Of a stretch of 64,000 bases of DNA, positions 45,357 to 58,483 are shown one piece after another (the stretch's first letter is position 1; each line of letters starts with the position of its first letter). The translations under genes were made by a program, and so were the position numbers. Origin of the DNA: Heteronotia binoei (taxonomy: Eukaryota). The notes beneath the pieces were generated by a model. It saw only the letters and a program-made list of their open reading frames with translations, had not been told where the DNA came from and did not search any database. The stretch covers positions 19,220,001 to 19,284,000 of the forward strand of contig NC_083235.1 in assembly GCF_032191835.1 (NCBI RefSeq), given 5' to 3'.

Positions 45357-45400
45357 ATGAGATTCATGACGGCATGAACCTGGAATTATATTACCAGTAG
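45357..45400 (+). CDS. UBL5: UBL5 coding exon 4 (last)
   Basis: TTCCTTAAC branch point at 45335-45343; (Y)EIHDGMNLELYYQ*; total 222 nt = 73 aa. Confidence 0.97.
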
Positions 45401-45592
45401 CACGCGCTGCAATTTTTGCAAAGCAGATGCTACCTTTTTAATGCCTTTTTTTGTTTGTTTTCTTTTAAATTCATTGTCGTCGTCAGTGATGTTTTGGGAT
45501 CTGAGATCTGATTAGCAGCATTTTAGCTCTGATGGCAATAAACCAGAAAACCAGTTTTCCCTTGTTTTGTTTAAATATATACGGATGTTTAT

Positions 45593-45598
45593 AATAAA
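45593..45598 (+). terminator. UBL5 polyadenylation signal
   Basis: AATAAA ~190 nt after the stop, followed by U/GU-rich sequence. Confidence 0.65.
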
Positions 45599-47637
45599 CG
45601 TGATTTCAACACCTTGTGTCCAGTATGAAAAAAAATTATTCTATGTGTAAGAGGGCCTGCAGCTCGGTGATTGAACCTCTGCTTTGCATTCAGAAGCTCC
45701 CAGCGTCAGTCCCTGGCATTTCCAAGACTAGATGATACAAAGGGCCTCTTCCTGCAACCTTGAAGAGTTGCTGCCAATTGGAGTAGAGGATGCTAACCTT
45801 CAGATGGGTAGCTGTGTTGGTCTGAAGCAACAGAACACAATTTGAGTCCAGTGGCGCCTTTAGGACTGACAAAGTTTAATTCTGGGCAGGGCTTTTTTTG
45901 TAACAGGAACTCCTTTGAATATTAGGCCACACACCCTTGATGTAGCCAGTCCTCCAAGAGCTTACAGTAGGCCCTTTAATAAGAGCCCTGTAAGCTCTTG
46001 GAGGATTGGCTACCTAAGAGGGGTGTTGTCTAATATGCAAAGGAGTTCCTGCTACAAAAAAAGTGCCAGTTCTGGGTATAAGCTTATGTTTACATGCAGC
46101 AGATGGAAGGAGAGTGGAACTGACCAGAAATTGGTAAGAGGCTTCCCTTTCCTCCCTGCCAAGGGGGGCAGGGGCTGGGAAAGGAAAGAAAGAGAAAGGG
46201 CATGCCTTTGATGGCAAATCCTCCCTCTCTTTTCTCTTCCCTTCCCCGAGGGAACCGAGTAATTACATCACAGACTCAGATGATTGCATCACAATAACTC
46301 AAGGAAAGCAGGGTTGCCAAGATACTCTTAGGTAGCCTTTCCATACAGTGCGACTCAGAGCTTTGGGCAAATCGAAAGACAGTCACTGATGGAAGTCTGC
46401 TCCATAAGTTTATCCAGCCTCTCTTGAAGCTGTTTGTGCTTGTAGCTGCCACCACTTCCTCCGGCAGTGAATTCCACTGAATAGCGACTGCAGCCCAGCT
46501 TCATGCACTTCTGTGGAATAGTGTGGATGTATCAAGGGCCATCAAGTTGCTTCCAGCTTATGGCAACTCTGTAAATTAATGACATCCAAAGCATCCTATC
46601 AACAGTCTTGTTCAGGTTTTGCAAACTGAAGAACATCAAAGTGAATCCACCTCACATTGGGTCTTCTTCTTTTCCTACCGCCTTGAACTTTTCCTAGCAT
46701 CATTGTCTTTTCCAGTGTCTTCTCATAATGTGCCCAAGAGGCTGGGATAAACAACTGGCCTGTGTATATAGAATCATAGAGTTGGAAGGGACCTCCGGGG
46801 TCATCTAGTCCAGCCCCCTGCACAATGCAGGAAACTCACAAACACCTCCGTCTAAATTCACAGGAACTGCATTGCTGCCAGATGGCCATCAAGCCTCTGT
46901 TTAAAAACCTCCAAGGAAGGATTGGGCTTACACGCACAGATTTAAAAATACAGTTTAATTAAATGGGAGAAAATGATAATATTCTCAGCTCCTGGATTGG
47001 CCCTGGATCTACTGGTCAGGCTCAGTTTGACCCAGAAGTTAAAAGCCCTTTGGTTCTTGCTTTCAGGTTGGTATAATAGCCACTTTAGCCCAGACTGCAT
47101 CCAGCTACTGTTCCTAACATTCTTCCCCTTCTACATAATGCTGTCTATGTACACTTCATGAGATGAAATGCCTCAGCCCTATGGAGTCTGCAGTCTGAAA
47201 CAAGGAAGACCACAGAGAGAACTACTAGATGGACCTCTGCTGTACGCCTATCGCTCGTGTCTTTTATTCTGCCTTTCCCTCCAAAGGGTCAGTGCTTTAT
47301 TCCTGTGAGGTAGGCATTACATTTTATGATGCTCACAGGCTGGCCCAACAAAGTTACATTTATGTTGGCTCCGGCCCTCATTGCAAATGACGCGCCTGCT
47401 CTAGGGTTACCAGACCCCGCCTGGCCTCTGGCAGGGGAATGGGGGGGGGGGGGGTAGGGTTGCTAGATGCAAACTGGGAAACTCCAGATGTGGGGATGGA
47501 GCCTGGAGAAGGCAGGGACCTCAGTGGGTCCTCACCTTCCAAAGTATCCATTTTCTCCAGAGGAACTGATCTCTGGAGATGCACTGTAATTCTGTGTGAT
47601 CCTGAGATCCCACCTGGAGGCTGGCATTGGGGTAGTG

Positions 47638-47773
47638 CAGGGGTGGCCAGCGGTAGCTCTCCAAATGTTTTTTGCCTGCAACTTTCATCAGCCCCACCCA
47701 TCAGCCATGCTGGCTGGGGCTGATGGGAGTTGTAGGCAAAAAACATCTGGAGAGCTACTGTTGGCCACCCCTG
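47638..47773. mobile_element. 136-bp hairpin MITE upstream of PIN1
   Basis: caggggtggccagcggtagctctcc...ggagagctactgttggccacccctg; ~58-bp stem. Confidence 0.8.
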
Positions 47774-47781
47774 GTATGGTG

Positions 47782-48042
47782 GTTTAGTGTAGTGGTTAAG
47801 TGTGCGGACTCTTATCTGGGAGAACTGGGTTTGATTTCCCACTCCTCCACGTGCAGCTGTTGGAATGGTCTTGGGTCAGCCATAGCTCTCCCGCAAGAGC
47901 TGTCCTTGAAAGGGCAGCTTCTGTGAGAGTCCTCTCAGCCCGACCTACCTCACAGGATGTCTGTTGTGGGGGAGGAAGGTAAAAAAGGAGACCGCTCTGA
48001 GATTCAGATTCGGAGTGGAGGGCGGGATATAAATCCAATATC
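47782..48042 (+). mobile_element. Squam3-like SINE
   Basis: Full copy. Confidence 0.8.
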
Positions 48043-48279
48043 ATAATTCCTAGGCCCCCTCCCTTTCTGTCTTTCTTCAGGCTCCACCCACAAATCTGGA
48101 ATTTTCCAAATTGGACTCGATAACCCTAAGCCCCGGGACCGTTTGCCTATCTCCCAGTCAGGACAAGCAATGCGGGTTTCCCGGGACAAGAGATCTAATT
48201 CAATATTCAGTAACATCATATGTTACTGATTGAGAAACAAACCCCGGAGGATGAATGGCATTCATCTCTACTTCGCATT

Positions 48280-49020
48280 GCACCTCTTCTACTAGCCCCG
48301 CGCCGGCACACTTTCCGATACTGCACCGCATTCCGTCTTCTTTTATCTCCCCCTTCCCCCGCGCGCCCCTTCTCTTTGATCTCCGCCTCTGCGCCTTCTC
48401 AATCAATGGGCTCTAAGCCCCGCCCTTGTCCCCCTCGCCGGAGCCCTTCATTCAAGCTCGGGCCGCCGAGTGAATTGGCCGTTCCTTCCTCGCTCCGCCT
48501 TTTCCTCTCGGAGACCCAATCGGAGCGCCCTTTGCTCCGCCCGGGCGGCCAATCGCGAGCGAGAGAACGCCGAAAGCCGTTGGGCGCGTGAGGCGGCGTT
48601 GCCAGGAGAAGTGGGCGTGGCGCTTTGGCTCGGCTCCGCGCGCTGGGGTGTGAGTGTGTGAGGAGGCGGAGGAGGCAAGATGGCGGAGGAGGAGAAGCTC
48701 CCCGCGGGCTGGGAGAAGCGCATGAGCCGCAGCTCCGGTACCGCCGCGGGGGGAGACGGGGGTGGGTCCATCGGGGCCCCGGGGCCAGGGCGGGGGAGGA
48801 AGCCGGACTCCTCAACCGGGGTTGGGGCGCGGGGAGACACAAAGGTGGGATTGGGGTGCGGGGCTTCACCAGGCCCTTCGGCCTTTGGGGGAACGGCCTT
48901 TTTGAGAGAAGGGCGTCCAGGGTGGGGGGGTGGCGGGATTCGGGCCTGAAGGGCAAGGGACGAGGCGGTTGGGCCTCTTGAGTCGTGGGCCGCGGGAGGA
49001 TGGGCCGCTGCCGCAGCAGC
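48280..49020 (+). promoter_or_regulatory. PIN1 CpG-island promoter
   Basis: CpG-rich; CCAAT boxes near 48516 and 48549; GC boxes; YY1-type AAGATGGCGG overlapping the ATG. Confidence 0.8.
48680..48737 (+). CDS. PIN1: Peptidyl-prolyl isomerase PIN1, exon 1 (rest beyond the window)
   Basis: MAEEEKLPAGWEKRMSRSS-G|GTACCG; start of the WW domain; 58 nt; synteny with UBL5. Confidence 0.95.
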
Positions 49021-51384
49021 GCATTTGGCTCCCTGGGCTTTAGGGTTGCCAAGTCCAAGTCAAGAAATCTCTGGAGACTTTGGGGGTGGAGCCAGGCGAC
49101 TTTGGGGTGGAGCCAGGAGACATTGAGGGTGGAGGCAGGAGCAAGGTTGTGACAAGCATAGCTGAACTCCAAGGGGAGTGCTGGCCATCATATTTAAATG
49201 CACACCTTCGAAATGTCTTCCTTCCATTAGAAGTAATGAAGGTTAGGGGCACCTTCTTTGGGGGCTCATAGAATTGGACCCCCCGGGTCCAATCCTTTTG
49301 AAACTTGGGGGATTTTTAAAGGAAGAGCATGGGATACTATGGTCAGATTTGGTGCCTCTACCTCAAAAAACAGTCCCCCCTCCCAGAGACCCGTGGATCA
49401 AGTCTCAATTATAACCTATGCGAATCAGCCTCCATAAGGAATAATGGAGTGCCCTCCCTCCCCCGTTTTTTGATAATCCTGAAGCGCAGGGAGGGCCTCC
49501 AAACCGAGGGATCCCCTACTCCCCACCTGGGGATTGGCAACCCTACTGAGCTTCCTCTCCAAATGCTGCAACTCCCCCCCCACCTTTCCTAATTCCCCCC
49601 CCCCCCCGGCATTGTGGCCCATCCTATGTCGAAGGCTTCAGAGCATCCTGTGTTGTTTTTTAACCCCCCCCCTTCCTATATACTCCTTTCTAGGGCCTTG
49701 GTAGGCTTTATTTTAACAAGTCCTAGGGTTGCCAGGTCTGTGTTGGAAAATACCTGGAGGTGGAAGGGGGTGAGGGGAGGCTCCAGTGTCTTAGGGGTCC
49801 GCCCTTCAAAGCAGCCATTTTCTCCAGGGGAGCTGATCTCTGCCAGATGGAGATCAGTTGTAAAAGTGGGGAATCTCCAGGCCCCACCTGGAGGCTGGCA
49901 GCCCCATCCCAGCCCCCCCCTAAAATGTTTAGGCTACATGCTGAGCATTTGGGTACCCCCCCCCCCCCCGCTTCAAATCCATGTTCAGCCAGAGAACTCA
50001 GTGAGTGACCTTGGGCCAGTATTTGCTTAATGGGTGAGCGTTAGAGCTCATGCTGGAGCATTTGGTTGGCATGCAGAAGATCTCACGTTTTATCCCCAAC
50101 ATCCCTAGTTAAAAGGATGAGGCCATAGGTGATGTGAAAGATCTCTCCCTGAGACACTTTTATTTAATGCTGTTATTTAATGCTGATGAACCAATGGTCA
50201 GATTCAGTGTAAGGGAATTTCGTGTGTTTTGTCTGTCTCCTGCAGTGAGCTCTGAGTCATGAAAGCTTATGCTGGAATAAATTTTGTGTGTCTTTAAACT
50301 GCCATCTGGGCTCCTTCCTTTCTCCTGGCCCAGTTTACTTCAGGGGGCTGTTTGGAGGAGGGAAGAACTATGTGCTGACCTGAGCTCTTTGGAAGAAGAG
50401 TGGAATAAAATGCTGTTTGAAACTTAGAGCAGGAAGATACTTCAAGGATCATCTAGGCTAGGGACCCCCAACCACCGGTCTGTGGACCGGTCCCGATCCA
50501 TGACCTGCTAGCAACTGGGCCGCAGAGAGAGGCAGAGCAGCCCTGGACTAAAGAGGCGGCATAGCTTTGCTCCCCTTGCAGGGGAGGCAGAGTGAGGCCA
50601 CACTGCCTCTTTTGTCCACCTGGGTCCCGGGCTGACAGAAGGGGCAGTGCTGCTGTGGCCTTAGCCTATCCTTCCTTTATAGACCTCCACAAATCAGCTG
50701 ATTGGCAGGGGTCTTTAAATGGGAGGGGGAGACAGAAACAGCCCCAGTCTTCCTCCCATTTAAAGACCCCCATGAGGGGCAGGGATGTGGCGTGGGGAGG
50801 GGCAGCCTGGGCAAAACCCCAGTGCCGCCTTCCCCACCGGTCCCTGGAAGAAATGTCTTCCACAAAACTGGTCCCTGGTGCCAAAATGGTTGGGGGCCAC
50901 TGATCTAGGCCAACCTCCCCAATGCAGGAAATTCACTACACCCTCCCTCAGCATCCCCTGCTGTATGCCCAGAGGAAGCCCAAACCCTCCAGGATCCCTG
51001 GCCAATGCAGCCTGGAGAAAAATTGCTTCCTGACCCCAAAGTGACAATTGGCATTATCCTGGGCATGTAAGAAAGGGCCATAAGAGCTTAGCATTGGCTC
51101 ATCCCTTCCTGCTTGCTTTCATGGTCTGTCTAAGTGTTTTTGACTTTCTTCTTTGTCATACTGAAATCTTCCATCTATACAAATCTGACATAACCAAAAT
51201 GCTTTAATCTGCCCCAAGCATGCTTTAATCTGTCCTTGCTACTTTTGGGGGCTACTGCTCCATGGGTTCCATTCATCCCCAGTGCTCCCTGTGTGTGTGC
51301 ATTAAGGGCTGTCAGGTCACTTCCAATTTGTAGCAACCCTATTAATGACCTGAATCAAACCATCCTCTTTTGCCCCCTACCCTT

Positions 51385-51665
51385 AGAACATAAGAGAAGC
51401 TATGCTGAATGAGACCAGTGGCCCATCCAGTCCTACATTCTGTGTCACAGAATGGCCAAAAAACCAGGTGCCATGAGGAGGCCCACGAGTGGGGCCAGGA
51501 CACTAGAAGCACACCCACTGTGCCCCCCCAAGCACCAATAATACAGAGCATCACTGCCCCAGACAGAGAGTTCCAGCAATATGCTGTAGCTAATAGCCAT
51601 TGATGGACCTCTGCTCCATGTGTTTATCCAATCCTCTCTTGAAGCTGGCTATGCTTGCAGCCGCC
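51385..51665 (-). mobile_element. CR1 3' UTR fragment
   Basis: Same family as 19448-19990; another copy at 53045-53510. Confidence 0.75.
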
Positions 51666-51699
51666 CTTCTCTATAAAAAAGCAGTATTCAGAACTGCGG

Positions 51700-53030
51700 T
51701 TTGCACAAGCCATGAAGGAAGACAATAGTAAAACCAAAACAGTAACAGTTAATTGCAGATTTATTCAAAATCCCGTTATAGCTTTTTAGTTTAATTTACT
51801 CAACAAAACTGATGAACTTGATCCATTGACACCAGCTTATCATAGTTCAATGGTCATTTAGCAAGAATCTTAGATACCCCATTCAGTAACCACTGTTCAG
51901 TAAATTCTTAAAGGGATGGATGGGCTTGATTAAGTGGTGCCAGTTTCCCAGTGTCTGGGTTCAAGTCACTTAGCAGGAGTCTTAAATCACCATGTTTAGT
52001 AATCTGGAGTTGATTTCTTTGCTTGAAGAGAGGTTGGATGACCACACTAAAACCACGTTCCACCAAATATGATGTTGGAAAAGCAACAAGGAGCTTCTTA
52101 ACCACTGTCCATAATGCAGGATCACCATCAGAAATGTCCTTCTGTAACCAAAACTCTTGGTACTATTTCTTAAACATTGGCTTTAGCTCAGTGTCATTTT
52201 GTGGATCAGTTAGTTCTTTTTCTACTACCACTTTCTCTGTATCTGAAAATGGATTTATCACCCATTCTGAAATTTCCATGAAAAGATGATCCTTCATGCG
52301 GTATATCCAGATGGTCACAAAAAATTTGCAGGTCATTGTTTTGTTTCCCAACTTTCTCTTTCAACTCAGACAGGGTCAGAAATTGGTATATCTCACTACA
52401 GCCTGCACTGCGTTTGGATAGTATTAACTTTGAAATAAACAGAGAGATGACAAATTTGGCCTTTTATAAGATTGACCTAATTTCATTTAACTTTGCAGAC
52501 GGCTCTGATAAATAAACAATATCACTCCTGATCTCTTTGATTTTATCACTGAGCAAAGCATTCATGTCTTCAGAAAACTCCGCAACAGTGTCAAAAGATT
52601 GTAAAAGCATCTCACACAGTTGTCTTTTGATAGCCAGCAAACTTCAGTGTGAAGCAGGAAATATTCAAAATCTTTATCATTCTTGGCACAGAGCTCCTAG
52701 AGCAGAGTAAGGGCTTTAATTTCATTTACTGCAGTAATAACGGTGTGTATGACTTGTGCAGGAAGTCACTGAAATTTTTAGCAACCAGCTCTTGGTGTGA
52801 AGGAAACAATGAAGGGTAAGGATTTTTGGCACTGCTTTTTTCAAGTAAGCAACAAATCCACTGTAGCGACCAGTAATCGATGGTGTTCCATCAGTTGCAT
52901 AAGCAATTACGTTAGTAAGTTGAATTTTGTTATCTTTGAAGAACTGCTCAACATCAAGAAATATTTACTCTCTTTTAAGGTCTGTTCTTAGTTGCCTTGC
53001 AAAGAACAACTCTTGAGCAAAACTTTTATC
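51700..53030 (-). mobile_element. Decayed hAT (Charlie/ZBED5-SCAND3-like) transposase remnant in PIN1 intron 1
   Basis: LLVAFPTSYLVERGFS...GDLRLLL...AHPS dimerisation-domain C-terminus; broken frames upstream. Confidence 0.8.
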
Positions 53031-54159
53031 TTTTATAAGGAATTAGAACATAAGAGCCCTGTTGGATCAAACCAGTGGTCCATCTAGTCCAGCATACTTT
53101 CTCATGTAGTGGCCAGCCAGTTCCTTTGGAGGGTCAGCAACAGGGCCTAGAGGCTGAGACCTTTCCTTGATGTTGCCTCCTGGCAATGGGATTCAAAGGA
53201 TGTCTCTGGACATGGAGGCTCCCTTCAGTCACCATGGCCAGTAGCTATTGATAGACATCCTCCATGAATTTATATAATCCCCTATTAAAGTTGTTTATTC
53301 CTGTGGCCATCCCTACATCCTCCTGCAGTGAATTTCACTTTTTAATTGCTCTCTGCGGAAAGGAGTATTTCCTTTTGCCTGTCCTGAATCTACTGCCCAT
53401 CAGCTTCATTGGATACCCTCGAGTTCTAGTTTTTTGGGAGAGGAAGAAAAAGTTCTTTGTCAACTCCCTACCTAATGCGTAACTTTATAAACCTCGATCA
53501 TGTCGCCCCTTGAAATACAGTGACCAGAACTGTACTATACTTTTCTGCTTGGATTAAAGCAGACTAGAGTTCCGGTGGTGTAAATGCTGACAGTTTTTAC
53601 TAGAAGTTCAGAGGCAGAAACTTGGAGTGCCATTTGGCAGCATAGTGCTGTAATCCCACTTCATCCCTTACATAAATGTGAAGGAAATTTATAGCATAAA
53701 CTATTCATAACTACTTACCAACCATGCACAAACCTTCACTTGCCACGGATGTATGGTAACTAATTTATGAGAAGATCGGTATCTAGTGCCAATAATTGGC
53801 TATCTTGTGACAATCTGGAATTGTACATACAGATGTGACCAAAGGAAATAACTTTGATCGTGCTAACAGCAGTAAGAGTTTAAAGACAAAGCGCGGGAGG
53901 CGTTTTGCTCTAGGCTGTAGCCTGATCAGTTATAAATAAGTGAGTAACATGGTTGAAGGGGCCCACCTCCAGCCCCCTGGCTTTTACCTCCTTACCTCTT
54001 AGTGCTGCCCATAGCAATGTTATTGTACTTTGGTCACATCATGAGATGCTAGGAAAAGAGGAAGATTCAACATGACAGAGGAAGCTGTGGGCTTCAGTCT
54101 GGAAGATCTCAGCAAGGCTGTTAACAATACAGTATTTTGAAGGTCACTAATTCAAAGGG

Positions 54160-54454
54160 AGCCCCGTGGCGCAGAGTGTTAAAACTGCAGTACTGCAGTC
54201 CTAAGCTCTGCTCATGACCTGAGTTCGATCCCCGGCGGAAGCTGGGTTTTCAGGTAGCTGGCTCGAGGTTGACTCAGCCTTCCATCCCTCCGAGGTCAGC
54301 CAAATGTGTCCCCATCTTGCTGGGGGGCAAGTGTAGATGACTGGGGAAGGCAATGGCAAACCATTCTGTAAAAAGTCTGCCGTGAAAACGTGAAAGCAAT
54401 GTCACCCCACAGTCAGAAATGACTGGTGCTTGCACAGGGGAACTTTCCTTTCCT
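54160..54454 (+). mobile_element. Sauria SINE with 12-bp TSD
   Basis: TAATTCAAAGGG at 54148-54159 and 54455-54466. Confidence 0.9.
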
Positions 54455-55221
54455 TAATTCAAAGGGGGAACTGACTTGACCTCACAGCACTTAACATATC
54501 TCATCATCTCCTAGGGAGCAGTACTGCCCTCTTTAGAAATCACTGCTGTAGCCTATCTAATAAAGCAGAATAATGCATATTAACAATGTATGGCTGTAAA
54601 TCTATGGAAAAAAAATTTCTGGATTGAAAGTCCCAAACCGCATGTGTGGTCAGGGCCTCAGTAAAAGAGTGACTTGCGAGACTTTGTGTTTATATGAAGG
54701 GGCACCCTTAAAATAGTGGCTAGAATGTTGAACTGGGACTAAGAAGACCTGAGTGTTTGTATGGCCATGAATTTCACTGGGTAACATTGGACTGGTTATA
54801 CTCAGGATTTTACGCTGGGAAAACCATTTCTGCTGCTCTCAGAAAGCTTATTTTTATTTGTTTAAAATAATGTGCCTCCTTTTCAGGGTTTAGCTCAGGG
54901 ATGGCTAAACTTGCTTAACCTAAGAGCCACAGAATAATGTCAGAGCCGCAAGACATGAACAACAGATGCTTGAGAGTCGGAAGGAAGGAAGGCAAATAGA
55001 TGGGAGAGGGAGGGGGCAGAGGAAGAGGTGAAAGAAAACAGCTTTTAACTTCAAATGCATTCTCCAAGCTGCTGTCTGGTTTGGCTTGGAGAAGTTATTT
55101 AAAGAGAGAAACGCCTTCTCCAAGCTGGGTGGTGGGGGTTTCAAGAGCCACATAATATGTGTGAAAGAGCCACATGTGGCTCCCTCTGGTTTAGCTTAAT
55201 ACAAGCTCTCTCTTCCCCCTC

Positions 55222-57150
55222 CTTTTTTTTTAAACTTTATTGAGTAATACACAAGATACAATGCAATAAGAATCATATTCAAATATGAGAGCTCATAACT
55301 ACGTGTACACATTTACATAACAAAAGAGAGAACGTTCATTGCAACCGGTACAGTTTCAGCACAAATTGGTAAATCACCGATACTAATACTCAAATATTCA
55401 GAAATGAAAATGATAGTATAAGCTGATGTAGCGCTTTTACAACAACATAAAGACCTATGACAAGTTATTGTCATAACACGGTAATCTAGCTGTGTCTATG
55501 GATTAGTTGTTTAATGATATAATAATAACGATAAATCATCAAATTGACTGGGCGGCATTGAAGTACAGGAGAGATTCAGTCTCCAACGCAAGTATGGCAT
55601 CCATTTTTCTCGTAATGTGCTCTAATACTTGGGTTTTGATTGGGTCTTTTGATTTGCTGCGATTTTTTCTAATAGAAAGTATTCCCAAAGTTTTTTGTTC
55701 CAATGAAGCAAAGAGGGAGGTCCCCCCTCAAATACACATGGTTCCTCCTATGCCAGAAAAGAAAGTGGTTCAGGTGCAAGAATCTGCCCAACGTTTCTCA
55801 TGCTGAAGTCTTAATGGAATAATTCATATGCTTTCTGAAGACATTGGAGTAATTCATCTACTTTTTCTTCCATCTCTCTGTGCTTCAGTAATCCTCCAAT
55901 TAACTGTTTGTCTCCGTGGGTGTTTTTCTGCTTCTGAAGTATTTAGTGGTTTTAGCCAATTGTTTCGCAACATTCTTTTTTTGCTAACTTTTCTGGAAGT
56001 TCATTCTCCTTTTTGCTCTCCCCATTTTGCGCTCTCCATCTTGTCTTCTATAGCTTCCCTGACTGCTGGTGAACCATACTGACATTCTTTTGAGCTTTTT
56101 TTTTCTTAGCCTTACCTGATCTGTGGTACACTTTCTCTGAGCTTCTATGACTATGTGTTTTAAATAAACTCCTAGTGTTCTGAAGAGAGATGACGCACAC
56201 TCATCTTTTCTTTCTCCTTTCCATTTCTGCCTTTTGGCCTCCTTTTAAATGTTCCTTTCACTTTTGAAGCATTCTGCAACTGAGTAGGTGTTCCTGGGCA
56301 TCTTGAATTGGATGGCATTTTGGTCACTGTTCCTGAACTGTTTGGCATCACTTGAATCATGCTTCGCATCAAGCATTCCTCGATTGAATCAAAAATGTGC
56401 CTCCCTTGTGGAGTGCTGATTAACTCTTCTAAGCCGTAGTCATGTATCTTAGAAAAAATTTGTCTGTATCAAGATCTGGATGTATGTTGTCCTGATCTGG
56501 ATAGCTCAGGCAAGCCCAATCTCTGGGAAGCTAAGCAGGTCGGCTGTGGTTAGTACTTGGATGGGAGACTTCCTTGAAATACCCAGTCGAGAGGACTGGG
56601 GCAACCTCTATTCAGTCACCTCTCTGAATATCCTCCAGGCCCCCAGTAAGGGTCAGTCACCAAAGATCAATATGACTTCCAGGTGCAAACACATGCGCAT
56701 GTGCATACACACAATATATATACAAAATACCAAAAAAAGAGGAGGGGGAATCTAGATGTATTTTTATATAGATAGTGCAGGGATAGTTAAAGACGTAATA
56801 TTTTTTTGCTTTGGTTGTTTGCTTGATTTCTTCTCATGGTCACCCTTAGTTTTGTTTTTAGGGAGGAAGGCAATAGTATGTACCTAAAACTGTACTGCTT
56901 TTTCCATGCAGTCTAATTCTGTGCTTACGTTTGTGGTTGTTAAAAGCGATGCCACTCCAATATCCTCTTCCTTGTCTCTCGTGTAGATATTTTTTAATAC
57001 AGGGGTAACCATACCCCCCTTCACTTTCTCCCTCCCTCTGCGCAGACTTCCCTTTGTTTCTTTTTATTCCCCAATCTTATTTTTCCTCTCTCCTCACCTC
57101 AGGTTTTCCTTCATTTCTTTTTGTTGTCTTTCTGCGATTCTTTTCTGAAG
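55222..57150 (-). mobile_element. Unclassified poly(A)-tailed retroposed sequence with decayed coding character
   Basis: Minus-strand AATAAA followed by an A-run near 55222-55241; K/E-rich broken frames; interrupted by a 5S-derived SINE at ~56490-56700; 5' boundary uncertain. Confidence 0.45.
56490..56690 (+). mobile_element. 5S rRNA-derived SINE
   Basis: gaagctaagcaggtcggctgtggttagtacttggatgggagac is close to the 5S box A/IE/C region. Confidence 0.7.
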
Positions 57151-58299
57151 GAAGGAGACAGTATTATATTTGGCTCTGCTGCTTGGCTGTGGCCACTTTT
57201 GGGTGGCACTCACCACCCCTCTTTGACATTGCAAAGCTGTTCGCAGGGCTAGAAATGTTGGGGACCTCTGATGTAAGGGATATGGCACATGGAAAGAGAC
57301 ACCTGGAAAGGGATGCAGTGCATATGCTAGTGCCGGAAACAATGACAAGGTGTGGGAAGGATCGTGCTTGAGATGAAGAATGTAAGTCAGTAAAAGAGGA
57401 CATATTAGTTCACTTGTGGAAACAGAGAACCTGCAGGATAATAAGGAAAGCCTGAAGGGGGAGTGGAACCACAAGCTTGGATGCGTACAAGTCTTCCTGA
57501 CACTCTGGTGCAAGGGCGTCAGACTCATTTGATACAGAAGGAAGCAAGGGAAAGCGAGAAGGAAGCAGACGACAGCCAGTTGCTCGATGGCCTGATAGCC
57601 CTCCAGGGGCCTGATTCGGCCCCAAGGCTTCATGTTTGACACCCCTGCTCTAGTGGCTGCAGCTGCTATTGTAACCATGGAAACCCCTTTCATTTGAATG
57701 AGGGCAACCATAACAGGCCTGCCTTACAGTGGCCCCCACCCAAAATTGGAGGAGAGGAGACTGTTACAAGCTGCACGGTATCCCCATTGGGAGAAAAACA
57801 GGGCATAAATGAGTTAAATAATGTGTAATGGAATTTTAAAAATTATTTTCTTTATTATTATGGGTCTGTTGCAATGTGTTTAAATCCCATGCTATGATGT
57901 CAAACATCTTTAAGAAAACCACAAACTCGTAAAAGTGCTCATGCCCCAATGTTATCTTTCTGTTCTGTTATCTGTCCCTCCTTACGAATTAGTGAAGAAT
58001 CAAGATCTTCTGATCCCATGTGAAAGGGGATTGGTGTTGCTGTCATTCTTTAAGTGTCTGGGCAGCATTTTTGGGCAGCTTCAAAGACAACTTCTGGAAC
58101 AGTTTTGGATCTCTGAGTCCTAGAGAGTAGCAGCTAAAACTATATAGAAGGGAAGCTGGATTTGGTTTTGGTAGGCTGATAATTTCATTTGCATAGAAGA
58201 GTTCTGTGTTTCTGTGAGCCGCATCCCTATAACTCTCTCTGGCTCAGTAGAAAAGTCGAGAAGAGAGTGAGGGAGATGTTGTCTGTACATGGCGGCACC

Positions 58300-58483
58300 C
58301 AGGGCTTTTTTTGTAGCAGGAACTTCTTTGCATATTAGGCTACACCCCCCCCCCAATGTAGCCAATCCTCCAAGAGCTTACAGGGCTCTTCTTACAGGGC
58401 CTTCTGTAAGCTCCTGGAGGATTGGCTAAATCAGGAGGGTGTAGCCTAAACTGCAAAAGAGTTCCTACTACAAAAAAGCCCTG
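58300..58483. mobile_element. CAGGGC hAT MITE
   Basis: Full palindromic copy; another at 45887-46065. Confidence 0.8.

Noticed and set aside
48738-48949. 89-aa ORF extending PIN1 exon 1
   Set aside because: Only the first 58 nt are PIN1; the rest is read-through into a GC-rich intron
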